A stretch of DNA of 63,419 nucleotides, the filler included, from Rhabdomonas costata (taxonomy: Eukaryota), in assembly GCA_019059605.1 (NCBI GenBank). It is 33 parts of 33 records of this genome, joined end to end, with 100 filler letters (N's around TTAATTAATTAA, not from the genome) between each part and the next. Parts side by side here need not be neighbours in the genome. Positions count along the whole stretch, not along the records: positions 1 to 1,831 come from JAHMHO010008517.1; positions 1,932 to 3,757 come from JAHMHO010008518.1; positions 3,858 to 5,683 come from JAHMHO010008519.1; positions 5,784 to 7,612 come from JAHMHO010008520.1; positions 7,713 to 9,537 come from JAHMHO010008521.1; positions 9,638 to 11,463 come from JAHMHO010008522.1; 27 more parts are not named here. One strand, written 5' to 3'. Positions 1-11,198 of the stretch are shown here, in pieces (positions within the stretch are counted from its first letter, which is position 1; each line of letters opens with the position of its first letter). Under the pieces are notes generated by a model. The model was given only the letters and a program-made list of their open reading frames with translations, was not told where the DNA came from and did no database searches. A program made the translations under genes and the position numbers.

Positions 1-4
1 GGTG

Positions 5-135
5 TGGGGTAAATAGGTGAGGTTGAGGTTGGGAAAGAAGACAATGGGGCGTTTGACATAATTCCTCGCTGCCAGGAATTATGTCAAACGCCCCATTGTC
101 TTCTTTCCCAACCTCAACCTCACCTATTTACCCCA
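5..135. repeat. Perfect 62-bp inverted repeat with 7-nt loop at contig start
   Basis: 5-66 is the exact reverse complement of 74-135; loop CGCTGCC at 67-73. Confidence 0.95.
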
Positions 136-164
136 TACTTCTCCTCCAAAAAGGAGCCCCCAAG

Positions 165-1438
165 GTTGTTGTCAACAGCTGGACGGAGCTGCAGCCCGCG
201 AAGCTTCCGGAGTGTGTCGGGGTGCAGTGGCCCCGGGAAATCCTAGGTCCTGTGTGTGTGGGTCGGTGGTTCCTTTGAGCAACGCTTTCGCCTCCGCCTT
301 TCCCCAACTCCCCCTTCACCAGAGGTTGCAACCCGTACTGCCCGCCATTCAGCCTCAACGAGCAGGGGAGGGGACCCTCTCTCCCCCTCAACTGAGAGAG
401 GATTGCCATCAAGGATCCGGCTCCACCGGGACCTGACCACTCATTTCCACATTTTCCGCCCAAAGAGAGAGTATGGGTTGTTTTGTAAAAGCCATGTGGC
501 AGATATATCGAGGGCCGGTCGTGTAGAATTGCAGAATGAAGTCAGATACACGAGAAAGGGGATGCCTTTGCACTTTTTTGGGCATTGCACATGTCGATGA
601 TCCTGAGTATTTATGAAAAGTAGAGAATGCAACACGGGCAATACCCCGCCATCAGTGTCCATACTCTTTTTTGTGTATACGTATGGGGGGTGAGCAGATG
701 GCCTGCTGGACCGCCACCGGTATGGCCCCGGGGACCCCCCTCTGGGCGGGGCTGTCGAGCGCAACGCCAAACTGCAGCGGATTCGCCGCCACTTCATTGC
801 CGCTCCCCACGTCTTCGCCGCGGTCGCCCCGTTCACACGGAAGCTGGGGTATGTGCTGCGTGTCGTCAGCCTTGGGTTGGGACCCAAACTCCAATCGGAT
901 CTATTTTTTATTAAAATAAAATCAGCTTTGATACGACGGTCATTGGGGAGCAATGATAATTATGGTTAGCTGTGCCAATCGTTGAGGCCTGGAGGATGTT
1001 GGCTTAGGCATGGAAATACGTTCTGGGTTTCACATGGGGTTGGGGGACGATGCGAGGTTCCCTAATGGAGTATCTGGTTTCTTTTGAGGCGATTGCACCG
1101 AGTTGAGTTGGTGGTAATAACGGTTCCACCCACAGTCACAAATTGTTATACCACAGAGCACAGTCCTGCCTTCACCCGTGGATCGCCCTCTGACCTTCTG
1201 TGAGACCTGAAAGGTGCTCCCAGAAACATGCATAGGCCTGAGTGATGCCCACTGGCTGTGCTGACCATGAATGAGCAGTGCTAATCGCAAACGGGGAGGC
1301 AAGTTGGTCAGGCATCGCTCACATGCACGTCGCCTCAGGCGGTATCTTGCGGTGCATGTGCGGCTGGGGGACTTCCGGAAGTGGTGCAAGGGGGTGGACC
1401 CCGTGAAGTGTCCCACCCTGGACCAGCACGCTCAGAAG
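165..1438 (+). CDS. GDP-fucose O-fucosyltransferase-family protein, internal fragment (exons ~165-246, 698-848, 1339-1438)
   Basis: GT-AG introns with matching phases give ...PREILDGLLDRH...RRHFIAAPHVFAAVAPFTRKLGRYLAVHVRLGDFRKWCKGVDPVKCPTLDQ, containing the YLAVHxRxGDF fucosyltransferase motif. Confidence 0.75.
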
Positions 1439-1465
1439 GTGTGTGTGTGTGTGTGTGTGTGTGTG
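1439..1465. repeat. (GT)n microsatellite starting at an intron donor
   Basis: About 13 GT units directly after the exon end; similar (GT)n/(CA)n tracts occur in other introns (e.g. ~21868-21888, ~51427-51447). Confidence 0.9.
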
Positions 1466-1831
1466 AACCGAAAGCGGAAAAGAAGAAAGCACAAGGAGCC
1501 AGCCCTGATGTCATCCTCGAGAGGCTGTTGCACTGGGCGAGCGAAGAACTTGGGGGAGGGTGTCATCAAAAAGGTGGTTCTAATCCACCACTGAGGTTTC
1601 CTAAGGACTTTTGCCCAGTAGAAGAGGAAGGGGCAGTCCTTCCTGTCTAAGCAGCTGTTACTGAGGCGCAGGAATTTATTAGAAGCCCGCCCGGAGGAGA
1701 GAATTCTGCGAGCCTGCGCCTTGTGTCAATGACCGTGTGTTTGCATGCATGTGTGCGTGTATATGCACACACACGTGCATTCTTTCAACCACACTGCGCT
1801 TGCAACCTTGCCTCCCATTGTGCCGTCAGTG

Positions 1832-1931
1832 NNNNNNNNNNNNNNNNNNNNNNNNNNNNNNNNNNNNNNNNNNNNTTAATTAATTAANNNNNNNNNNNNN
1901 NNNNNNNNNNNNNNNNNNNNNNNNNNNNNNN
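1832..1931. other. Artificial contig linker N44-TTAATTAATTAA-N44 (first of 32)
   Basis: An identical 100-nt spacer with stops in all six frames recurs about every 1.92 kb, starting at 1832, 3758, 5684, 7613, 9538, 11464, 13389, 15314, 17238, 19163, 21088, 23013, 24938, 26863, 28787, 30712, 32637, 34562, 36485, 38409, 40333, 42257, 44181, 46105, 48029, 49953, 51877, 53801, 55725, 57648, 59573 and 61496. Contigs are 1823-1831 nt. Confidence 0.99.
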
Positions 1932-2944
1932 TGGGGGTTGTGCATGACGGAGGATGCCTCGGGTGCGGAGCCCCTGCTTCTGGTACATCACAAGTACGTG
2001 GCTGCGATAACCCAGGACCCAGAGCTGGCTTCCATCGTGAAAGTATTGAGGAGGACCAGACCTTCACTGGAATGAGCAAGAGAGATGCGGAGTTGAGCTG
2101 TCACGCTGGGTTGGCATCGCTTTAAATGGGGTGGACAGGCAGCCCTGTTGTTTATGGTTACAGAGTTCGGTACGCCAATGGCGTCGGTTCACTCTTTATC
2201 TTTTCAAACAGTGTATGGGTGCTGCTTTTTAAGTGGGTGAATGCTGGTCTCTGAATTGGAGGGTTTAGACGGCGGAATAGATTTACCAGAAAGGAAAATC
2301 ATCGAAAACTATCGTTTTTTTTCGAGTGCTGAAGAGGTTTTCAAAGATAATAGGAGAATAGCAGATGGTAACCTTTACGAGAGACGCTTGCGGCGTTCTT
2401 GACAAGAAGGAGGGATGGAGGAGGTAAACGCTGCCACCCAACCGCCTGCTCTGGCCGGTCATTTCTTGGTCATCGGTAAGTGCTTGTAAAAGAGACTGAT
2501 CCAGGGAGCACTGGCAAAATTAACCCCGCCTTACACCACAGCTGGCTAGACTGGATTCCGGCTCTGCAGGGTTTTGACAGCCTCCGGGCGAATAGTTCGA
2601 GGCCGTTCCATATCACGTGTTGCCTGTAGGAGTGGAACCCGTTTGTATTTCGATGCAGTTCGCCAACGCTTACCCAGCACCGCAGTCACATGAAGGGCAA
2701 GCATGTACATGTTGTCGCATAGCAAAACAGTGTCCTGACTTCGAGTGATGGAGGGGAAGGTGAACGCCAGGATCTTGTTCCCACTCAATGAACGTGCACG
2801 TCCAGCTAGACAGTGTACTCTAATTAGTCTTGCCCTTGCCCTGTTCTGGATGTCAATTTGGTTGGCATCGATGCCCACTGCTTGAACCGGGGATTTTTTG
2901 ACAGAAAATATTTGGCCTTCTTCCCTGGTTCGTTGGACCCAAGA

Positions 2945-3757
2945 ATGTCCTTCTTACGTGGGATGGTTCTGATCCTGCTTCTGCTTCTCTCTGCCACCGT
3001 TACTACTGCGAAGAACCCATGCTGTGCCATCGTGTACATGGTCCACCCGACTGAGCTTGATAACTTGATCGAGAGCTTGAACCGGATGTTCACGTATTAC
3101 AACCGGCACTACCTCTACCCGACGATTCTGTTTTATGACATCAAATTGCTTGGGCAGGTGGCTTCGCTGAAAACGAGATTGAACTCCACTCTGAAGCCGG
3201 AGTGGTTCCGTTGCCTTCAATGGATTCAGGTTCTATGGAGTACTTTCTCACTTATTTTTCCATTTGTCTTCGGTATTAACCATGCAGCGCGCTGCTTCCG
3301 CTCCCCCCAACTCCCTCGTCCGCCTCGCCCCGACTCCTTATTCTTGTTCACGCCCCTGCAGCTCTGCATTTTACCTTTTGCAGCTTTCATGGACGCCCCC
3401 GAATGACGTCAAGCGAGAGGATCTTGCGGAGAATATACGTCATTGGTTCCCTGACTACACGCTCATGATTCAGTTTTGGTTTTCTGACATTCTTCACCTC
3501 AACGCTACCAGGAAGTTCAATTACTACATGAGATTGGACACCGACTCGATGCTCCATTCTGATTTTCCCGCTGATCCCTTTCGGGTGATGATGCGCAAGA
3601 GATATGCGTACGGTTACTACACAGTTTACACGGATGAGGCATTTGTTACCATCGGGCTTATCGACTTTGTGGAGACTTTCATCAATGACTTCAAAGGCCG
3701 CACCAAAGCGGCTCTCAACAAGCTCGAACTACCTCCTCCAGAAAATCGGAAGACCTT
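2945..3757 (+). CDS. Glycosyltransferase family 15 (KRE2/MNT1-like alpha-1,2-mannosyltransferase), 3' truncated (exons 2945-3229, 3384-3757)
   Basis: Hydrophobic N-terminus, AIVYMV..ELDNLIESL..YNRHYLYP, then YTLMIQFW..FNYYMRLDTDS..DPFRVM..YAYGY; phase-0 GT-AG intron 3230-3383. Confidence 0.85.
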
Positions 3758-3980
3758 NNNNNNNNNNNNNNNNNNNNNNNNNNNNNNNNNNNNNNNNNNN
3801 NTTAATTAATTAANNNNNNNNNNNNNNNNNNNNNNNNNNNNNNNNNNNNNNNNNNNNGTTTTGGTGTGGTTCGCTTTTACTTTGAAGCAAAAAGGCTGAT
3901 GATTTTGGATCATATCAAAAAATTTGCTTTCGTTAAATTTGTTAACACACACGGCTCAAATGACAACCGAAGCTGGACAC

Positions 3981-5651
3981 CTGGGCCTGTGCAGCCTCTT
4001 CCGCAGACCGCGAGGTGGCCTCCCGAAGCTCCTCCACTCGCATGGAGCTGTGCATCGGCAACACCTCAACCTCCTTCCACCTCGGGTCAGCTGCGGCGTC
4101 GCGCAGCGCACTTGCCACGGTGACGATCTGGGCCAGCCCGGGAACAAACACCACGACAGGCCCGGAGCCCCCCACCCGGCGCTGGAGGACTGTGAGCAGC
4201 AGCAGAATGGCCAGGGCAAATCGCGCTTTTTGAAGTAATGGGCCCCGAGCCTGGCGCAGCAGATGGGGTGGCGCACCGGAGGAGAACAGCAGCACAGCAT
4301 CCTGCACAGCGGGGGACGAGGGTGGATGGAGGGGCTGAAACGGGAGAACAGTGGCAGGGCGGGACCCAGGAAAAAGGTAAGCGCCGTCCCTTTCCATTAC
4401 GTCACGAAATTACGATCGCCCTATTATCGCGGACTGTTCTAAAAAGATATCCGGGGGAAAGGGATGCCTTGTGGCTGCAGAACTGTTGAAGTGACAACCG
4501 GCAGAAGAAATGTGGTGGGTGATGCAGGGAGGAGGGAGAGAGGGGACCTGCACACTGAGTGAGTCGCCAAAACCAAAGAGCTCCGCAGGCCACGGCGAGT
4601 TCAGGTACAGGGTGTGCACTTGGAAAGGTCTCTCCTCGGGCATTCGCACCACAGGCTCTGTTGCACCACTCTCTGGTCGCCGGTACGCTCGGAATACCTG
4701 ACAGAACACAGGCCGAGACGAGCACGAAGGAAGGAAACCCGCTAACCCTCCCCCGACTTTCTACTTTTGCGCGACGTTCACGGGCAACGGCATCCACCCT
4801 CTTCCCTTTCAGTTGAGCCCAGCTGCTTGGGTCAGAAATATAAAAGAGAGAGATGAGACCCTTCTCGACCCACTCGAAATGCGCACTCAGCACATTCGCG
4901 TAGCCCGAATGTTTCTGTCTCCTTCAGGAAGAACACGCTTGATTTTTTCCACTGGGCATCATCTAACATGCTCTATCCTTCATCTGCTTTTGTGTGCATG
5001 TCGTATAATTTCGTCTACTTTCGGTGAATGAAAGGGTGAGCCTGCGTACCGCAATAGATCTGCAATGTGCTTCGTTTTGGCTTTCTGGTTCCTACGGGAC
5101 CAAAGACAGGCAAAGGGCAGAAGCTTGGGGAAGGCTTAGCTTGGGTTAAATAGTCCAAAACGCAATCCCTGGCCTGGACACCTTTGAGGATGCTTGCTAG
5201 GCTTGTGAAGACCTCTGGGACCTGGAGAGGCTTGGGCATGTTGAGCATGCTTTCCAGGAATTCGCAATATAGGACACTGCAACTCTGGAGGGGAGGATCG
5301 GATTATACTGTGGACAAATATGGGGGTGGACTCAGACAGGGTCACATATGTTCCGGTGAAGCCCTTGATGTTATGACAAGAAAGAACCACATCAACACCG
5401 CACAAAAAACACACACCAACACCGACATCCACCTGGAGGTAGGCATTGAGCTCGCCGGGGGCGATTGTAGCGCTCATCACGAGCAGGGTGAGGTGGGGGT
5501 GCTCCCGCAGCTTGCGGTGCATCGCGCAAAGCAGGGCATCGACCTCCTGACTCTTCTCGTGGACCTCATCCAGGACAACGAACCGGAGCCCCCGAATCAG
5601 GCTGGCAAGCCCACTCAGCAGGTATCCAGTGGTGCAATACACCAACCGCGC
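3981..5651 (-). CDS. DEAH-box RNA helicase (DHX36/57-like), internal fragment (exons 5651-5433, 5276-5251, 4629-4548, 4301-3981)
   Basis: Motifs YCTTGYLL, VLDEVHE, VMSAT, IPGKPFQVHTLYL, VVFVPG and VLPMHS in the expected order; all exon phases match, with one GC-AG intron. Confidence 0.9.
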
Positions 5652-5818
5652 CTGGGACCCCCCCCCCCGTCGAAAAAAACACTNNNNNNNNNNNNNNNNN
5701 NNNNNNNNNNNNNNNNNNNNNNNNNNNTTAATTAATTAANNNNNNNNNNNNNNNNNNNNNNNNNNNNNNNNNNNNNNNNNNNNCAACAAAAGCACGCAAA
5801 TTTCATCACGTTCGCTTT

Positions 5819-5912
5819 GATATATAATATTTATAAATATTTATAATTTATAAATAAATATAAATATTTATATAATATAATATTTAAATATATAATAAAT
5901 AATATAAATATT
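5819..5912. repeat. A/T-only low-complexity tract
   Basis: About 90 nt composed almost entirely of A and T (ATATAA-like units), in an intron of the kinase gene. Confidence 0.85.
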
Positions 5913-5993
5913 ACAAACTTGTGTCACAATTCCTCATCGAGACCCAAAAAGGCGAGGAGCCAAGGAATGAAGCCAAAGGACGACAGACAAATG

Positions 5994-6058
5994 AACAAAC
6001 AAACAAACAAACAAACAAACAAACAAACAAACAAACAAACAAACAAACAAACAAACAA
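5994..6058. repeat. (AAAC)n microsatellite
   Basis: About 16 perfect AAAC units, intronic. Confidence 0.95.
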
Positions 6059-6093
6059 CAAGGAATAAAGAAAAGCGATGTTCGGTTGGGGAC

Positions 6094-7277
6094 CTGGAAG
6101 GTGAGGGTCCGCTTGAGATCGGCGACGGGCTTGTGATCAGCGGCGACCTCACGCGCGAGGCCCATATCGCAGATCTTCACCAGACAGTCCCCGTTGATCA
6201 ACACATTCTGCAAAGTCATTATCCACCAGGGGGTTTGGGTTTGAATGAGTTTTAGAGTGTGCTGTGGGGAGATGTCAGCAATCTCCATTCGGATAGATGC
6301 CGAGGAAAAAGGCATTCTGTCTTTGTTTTCATTTTTCCCACCTATAAAGACAGAAATTCAGACAATCTCACCGATCAAATTAAGGCTTGCCTGGGCAACA
6401 CCACAACCCAGCAGCGGGTACTTACAGTTACTATTAATTAATGGATTGTGGGGAGCAACGGTGGAAGACACCTACCTTTGTGCTGAGGTCGCGGTGCATC
6501 GCACCAGTGGAGTGCAGCACATCCAGGGCGAGGAAGATTTGCGTCATAATTACCTGTGTTTTCCCGCAATTTGCGGTCAGGTGCGGGGTAATCCCCAGCA
6601 GAAAAGAGCAGTAGCAGAAAAGAGCAGTGATATGGCAAAGAAGTAACAGCTGAGATTTTTCAAGTTTTGTTCACCAAGAGAAACACTCTGGGAAATCGGA
6701 AACAAAAACCCACGCTTAAAGAAGGTCGAAGACCACTCTTCCTCCACAGCTTTCAAGTCTTTCCGAAAAGTACGAATATGGCGTTGCCGTGGAAACAAAA
6801 CCCTGGACAATATGGGCAAAGAAATCCGGTATGGTGCAATACAGAATCAAAAAAATTGGAGATGACATGGGGATTATACAAACCGACTTGGTCACCTTGG
6901 TGGGTTTCAAAAGGTAAAAAAAGGAAGTCACTTTGAACATTGCCTATTGTATTTACTGTCGTTTTACAGTGAAAACCACATGAATAGTCACTTGGGTGTG
7001 TGCCAGGCAAAATTGTTTTCCACTCAAAAGGCACCAGTACTTCATGCACCTTAACGTGGGTGGTGGTTATCCCCGGATTGGCTTTCAGGACGGCGTGCAG
7101 ACTGGCCTCCATCTGGTCCATGACCAGGAACAGGCTGGTGAAGGCCTCCGAGGGAGGGGGAAGTATGTCCCGGAGCCCGACAATGTGGGGCTGGTTGCGG
7201 TAATGCGCGAGCACGCGGATCTCCCGGAGTGCCCGACGCGCGGAGAGGTTGTCCGAGGCACGGTCCTCCACAAAAAC
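6094..7277 (-). CDS. MAPK-like (CMGC) Ser/Thr kinase, internal fragment (exons 7277-7050, 6553-6476, 6207-6094)
   Basis: ARRALREIRVL..HIVGLRDILPP..LFLVMDQME / VLHSTGAMHRDLSTK / NVLINGDCLVKICDMGLAR; three phase-0 exons with GT-AG boundaries. Confidence 0.9.
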
Positions 7278-8142
7278 CTGCAGAAATAAATCAAACTGCA
7301 GATCAGCGACAATTATTTTTGCATTAATTAAGAGCTTCGTATCCTTATGCAATAAAACCGACAATGTTAATTAAGCCAAAGCGGTGGGGATGCCTGTCGT
7401 TTTCAAGTGGCAATATAGCAGCAGGCGAAGAACACAGGATACATCGCGATAGCCTTCTAATGATGGTCTGAGCGATTTTACTTCATTTTGGGGTTCGTTT
7501 GACGCGTCTAGAAAACATATACTCCGACACAACACATATACTTTTAATATTTCCTCGCCCTTGGACCTTGCGATGCAGCCACACAAAACCACGAAACTGT
7601 GATCCTCTTTCCNNNNNNNNNNNNNNNNNNNNNNNNNNNNNNNNNNNNNNNNNNNNTTAATTAATTAANNNNNNNNNNNNNNNNNNNNNNNNNNNNNNNN
7701 NNNNNNNNNNNNGACCTGATTCCCCCTTTTTTTTCTTTGAGTGAACCCTTGGTGAGTTTTTGTCGACAGTGAACGAGCGGGTGTTAATCGGGGAGAGCGT
7801 CCGATTAGTTAGTGATTGGTTACTAGGAATCGTCCAAGTAAGTGGCCTAACACTCCGAAAAAAGTGCAACAGCCATTTGCCCCTCATGCAACTGAATTCC
7901 ATGTTTGCAGAAAAGTGCACTGAGAATATTATTTTTGTGAAGCTGAAGCCTTGCTTGGACGACGTCGAAAATCGGCGAACCGGCCTTGGTTTATAATGTA
8001 CAACGAAGTACAACTTTAAAAATTGCGGGCACTCACTGTGCACGATGTTGGGATTCGGATTTGGTGGACGCCCCTTGGCCAACACCTTTGCTTGAAGTCG
8101 AGCGCGGCATGCCAGTAACCTAGTTCATTCGGGTTCCTTCAG

Positions 8143-8826
8143 GTGCTGCCCGCCAACAACATTGCCACGAAGGTTGAAGGCTCCAACGATGTGTGTGTGC
8201 CTTGGTCTGGTTTCGGGGGCGGGGCGATTCTTATTCAAGGGTTACGGCGCACACTGATATCGGAGTGAAGTAAAGACTCTATTCATGGCCATGAATAGGC
8301 CATTGATCTGCTACGCATTAAGCAACTTTTGCCCACCATACCCACCATGAAACGAATGTTCACATTGCCGGCAAGCCTGATGGCACTTCACGCCATGACT
8401 GTCAAAATGTTGGAAAGTATAATATCCGCAGTTGGTAGCATCTTGACCTTGACACACGCCATCAAACTGTCATGACATGATCATGAAAAGGCGATAAAAG
8501 TTGCCAAAACTTATGACGGACAGTGCCACAACACGTTCCAAATTAATGACAACCCAGTGCAAAAACCCAGTGCAAATTTTTTCCAGAGTGTCCAAAATAA
8601 TTTCAAAAAAATAGCAAACAAACCATGTAGCAAACTCAAATCGGGGAGGTGGTTGACTTTTCCACAGCCCAGGGACGCCGCCATTGAGTTCGCCGACACC
8701 AATCACCTGCAGACCATTGTCTGCGGATCCCGTGGCCTGGGCACCATCCGCAGACTTCTCTTTGGGTCGTTCAGCACCCACCTGATCCACAACGCCACGA
8801 AGCATGCCGTCTTAGTGGTCCACTAG
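8143..8826 (+). CDS. Universal stress protein (UspA domain), last two exons (8143-8190, 8668-8826)
   Basis: GSND|PRDAAIEFA..IVCGSRGLGTIRRLLFGSFSTHLIHNA..VLVVH*, the G-2x-G-9x-GS USP motif. Confidence 0.9.
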
Positions 8827-10074
8827 CGGTGGCTAACCCTCGAACAGCTGCGGTGTGGTGATGTAAGGTAATGGTATGGAGCCGTTCTCCTTTCCTGTTC
8901 CTTTTGCTGTTCCGAGCCATTTTCTATGCCCGGTTGTACCTTTATGCTTTCTGTCAGGCGTAAAGAGCAGACGAATATTCTGCTTTGCAAACGCACACCG
9001 TTTCTGTATCTGTAGCAGGCGTATGACGCCCAACGCACGCTTGTAGTCAGTTCCAAGCTGTAACCCTTGCGTAGTTGAAGGATCGTGAAGATGAACTCTT
9101 TTTCGATGCTCTGAAAGCACAATTGGTTTGCCTCTGTTTGCTGTGAATTGCGTTTCCAAACCTTGGGGGATAGAAGGAGATCCACTGAACGGAATCTCTT
9201 GACCCCAGGACCGGCCGCGCAGCCTCTCGGGAGGTCTGCTGTACCGGTATTAACAGCTGCTACCTAGATTTCCGTTCTTGGTGCTGCAGCATGCGCTGCT
9301 TTATTTGCGATGGTATAGGGAGAATTAATCCCAAACAAACCTGATGTAAAGAACCGCGCAAGTTAAGGGAGGAAGTAAGATCCGCGAAAGTCATAACTAC
9401 AGGTGGGGTTACAGTTTCCTAGTCTGAATTTTCTCTTCGCAGTCCATTCGTTGGCTGTTGGCTTTTGCTGAACTTTTCCTTTCCCTGTGAATTAGTTCCC
9501 CAGACGGGAAGTTCCTCATTTTCCTCCACCCCACCCCNNNNNNNNNNNNNNNNNNNNNNNNNNNNNNNNNNNNNNNNNNNNTTAATTAATTAANNNNNNN
9601 NNNNNNNNNNNNNNNNNNNNNNNNNNNNNNNNNNNNNGGTGGGGGGTAGATTTCCGTCCTTCAATGCGATGCACGTCAAAGCGAAGGATGATGTCTAAAG
9701 GGTTCAGGCCCATTTGGTTTCGTTTTGTCCTTCACTGAAAAACGCCGTTACACCGTTTAACGCCCCCGCCCCCCATCTGCCACTCGCCCGCTTGTGGTTC
9801 CTGTTCACAACCTAATTGGAATCATGTCTCTGTTGATGCAGATGACGGGAAGGAAGCTTCACTGGGATGCCTCTCAGCCAATGCACAGCCATAAGTCACG
9901 CACAAACATCAGGCCTCTTTACTCCTTAGGTTTCCGTGTGCGAGACCAAGTTCGCCTGTTTCCCCTGTGGATTTTATTTTTACCTTTGAGCTCGCACACC
10001 TCGTTTACTTGTGGCAGTGCTCTCGGGTGCGGTAAAGTAGTGAAAAGCATGGGACCTGTTGAATTGCACTTTAG

Positions 10075-11198
10075 GGCTTTTGAGAGACCCCTACCTGGGT
10101 GAGGTGATCGTTGGGGACATTCTCGCCCCGCTGAGGCAGTCTCACCAGACCGCTCACGTGCGCCAGCGCAGGTCTGCTTCCCCCTGTTGTTCCATCGCAA
10201 TCCCGGGGAACGCACATGGAACACCGTTGTTTCTCATTTCTCCGCCCACATCGCGGCTGGCCTCACCGAGTAAACAAGTTGAACATCAATCACAGTTCCC
10301 CGGAAAAACCAGGAGTGGCCCTACGCTCCGGTAGTGCAGGGAGCACAATGACTTTTGTGGGCACTGAAGGCCTCGATCCATTTGCCTGGACCCCCGATCG
10401 GAGTGGGATGAGAGGTGAGGGGTGGGGGTGCGTTTCGTTGCTGATACTTTTGTGGGTGCCATCGTTAAACGTCCCACGCGTGGCTAGAAGCAGAGCAAAG
10501 GGATACTAAAGAGCCGCCAAGGGGCACCACCACCGGCCGAGGGGGAAGGGTTAGAAAATTCATACTTCAAAGACTGGCCTGTATGTACAAAAGACCCTAG
10601 GCCTGCTTCTGCTTAGCCCTCGTCGGGGAATTCCCCTGAGCCCAAGAGGTTGTGAAACTTGGTATTAGATCTGCGGAAGCCGTAGCAGCAGATAAGGATC
10701 CTAAAGGTCCCGAACTCCCCTGTCCTGGCGAAGAGACAGCCACTGCGCTCAGCGTACCTTCGGATTCCGGGCAGAAAGAAAGAAGATGAGAAAAGGCCAC
10801 CGAGCGCAGAGGGGGTTGGAGCTCCCCAGAGCAATGAGAGCGTGGTCCTCATGGTGTAGAAATATACGCGACCGTGGTTTTTCGCCAACCCCTTTTGCAT
10901 TATGTCATCCCTTGTTTATTTCCCAAATGGGACCACTATTTTTGCGTTCTCTCCCGCTGCGCTCAAAAGCAAACCTACTGGGGAATGCATTCTGATGGCA
11001 TTTTCGCCTGTAAGAGGTTAAAAGGGGTTCGGAGAGTTGGCTGAGGTTGGATGACTGAACAGTGTCCTGCGAGGTTTCTGGCGGCTCCTGCTTGCGCTGG
11101 ACGCCATGCACCGTGACGAGGAGCGCGCGGAAGCGGTGCGGTGGATGCGGAGCTGCGGGGTGCCCCCCGACGCGCTGACCTTGTCTGTGCTTGCCGCG
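10075..11198 (+). CDS. PPR-like repeat protein fragment (exons 10075-10171, 11063-11198)
   Basis: Phase-2 GT-AG join gives ...HVRQRSVLRGFWRLLLALDAMHRDEERAEAVRWMRSCGVPPDALTLSVL; M..GV.PD..T is the PPR C-terminal signature. Confidence 0.55.

Noticed and set aside
696-800. Minus-strand QFGVALDS..IPVAVQQAI resembling a RhoGAP start
   Set aside because: The plus strand has splice sites and phases that join cleanly into the fucosyltransferase; this is an antisense shadow.
2308-2324. CTATCGTTTTTTTTCG resembling the 3' end of a Euglena spliced leader
   Set aside because: The match is mostly a T run; there is no upstream SL similarity and no GT donor after it.
8279-8298. Perfect 20-nt palindrome CTATTCATGGCCATGAATAG, and short hairpins near 38558 and 40451
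   Set aside because: Isolated, short and intronic; not repeated elsewhere in the window and no function can be supported.
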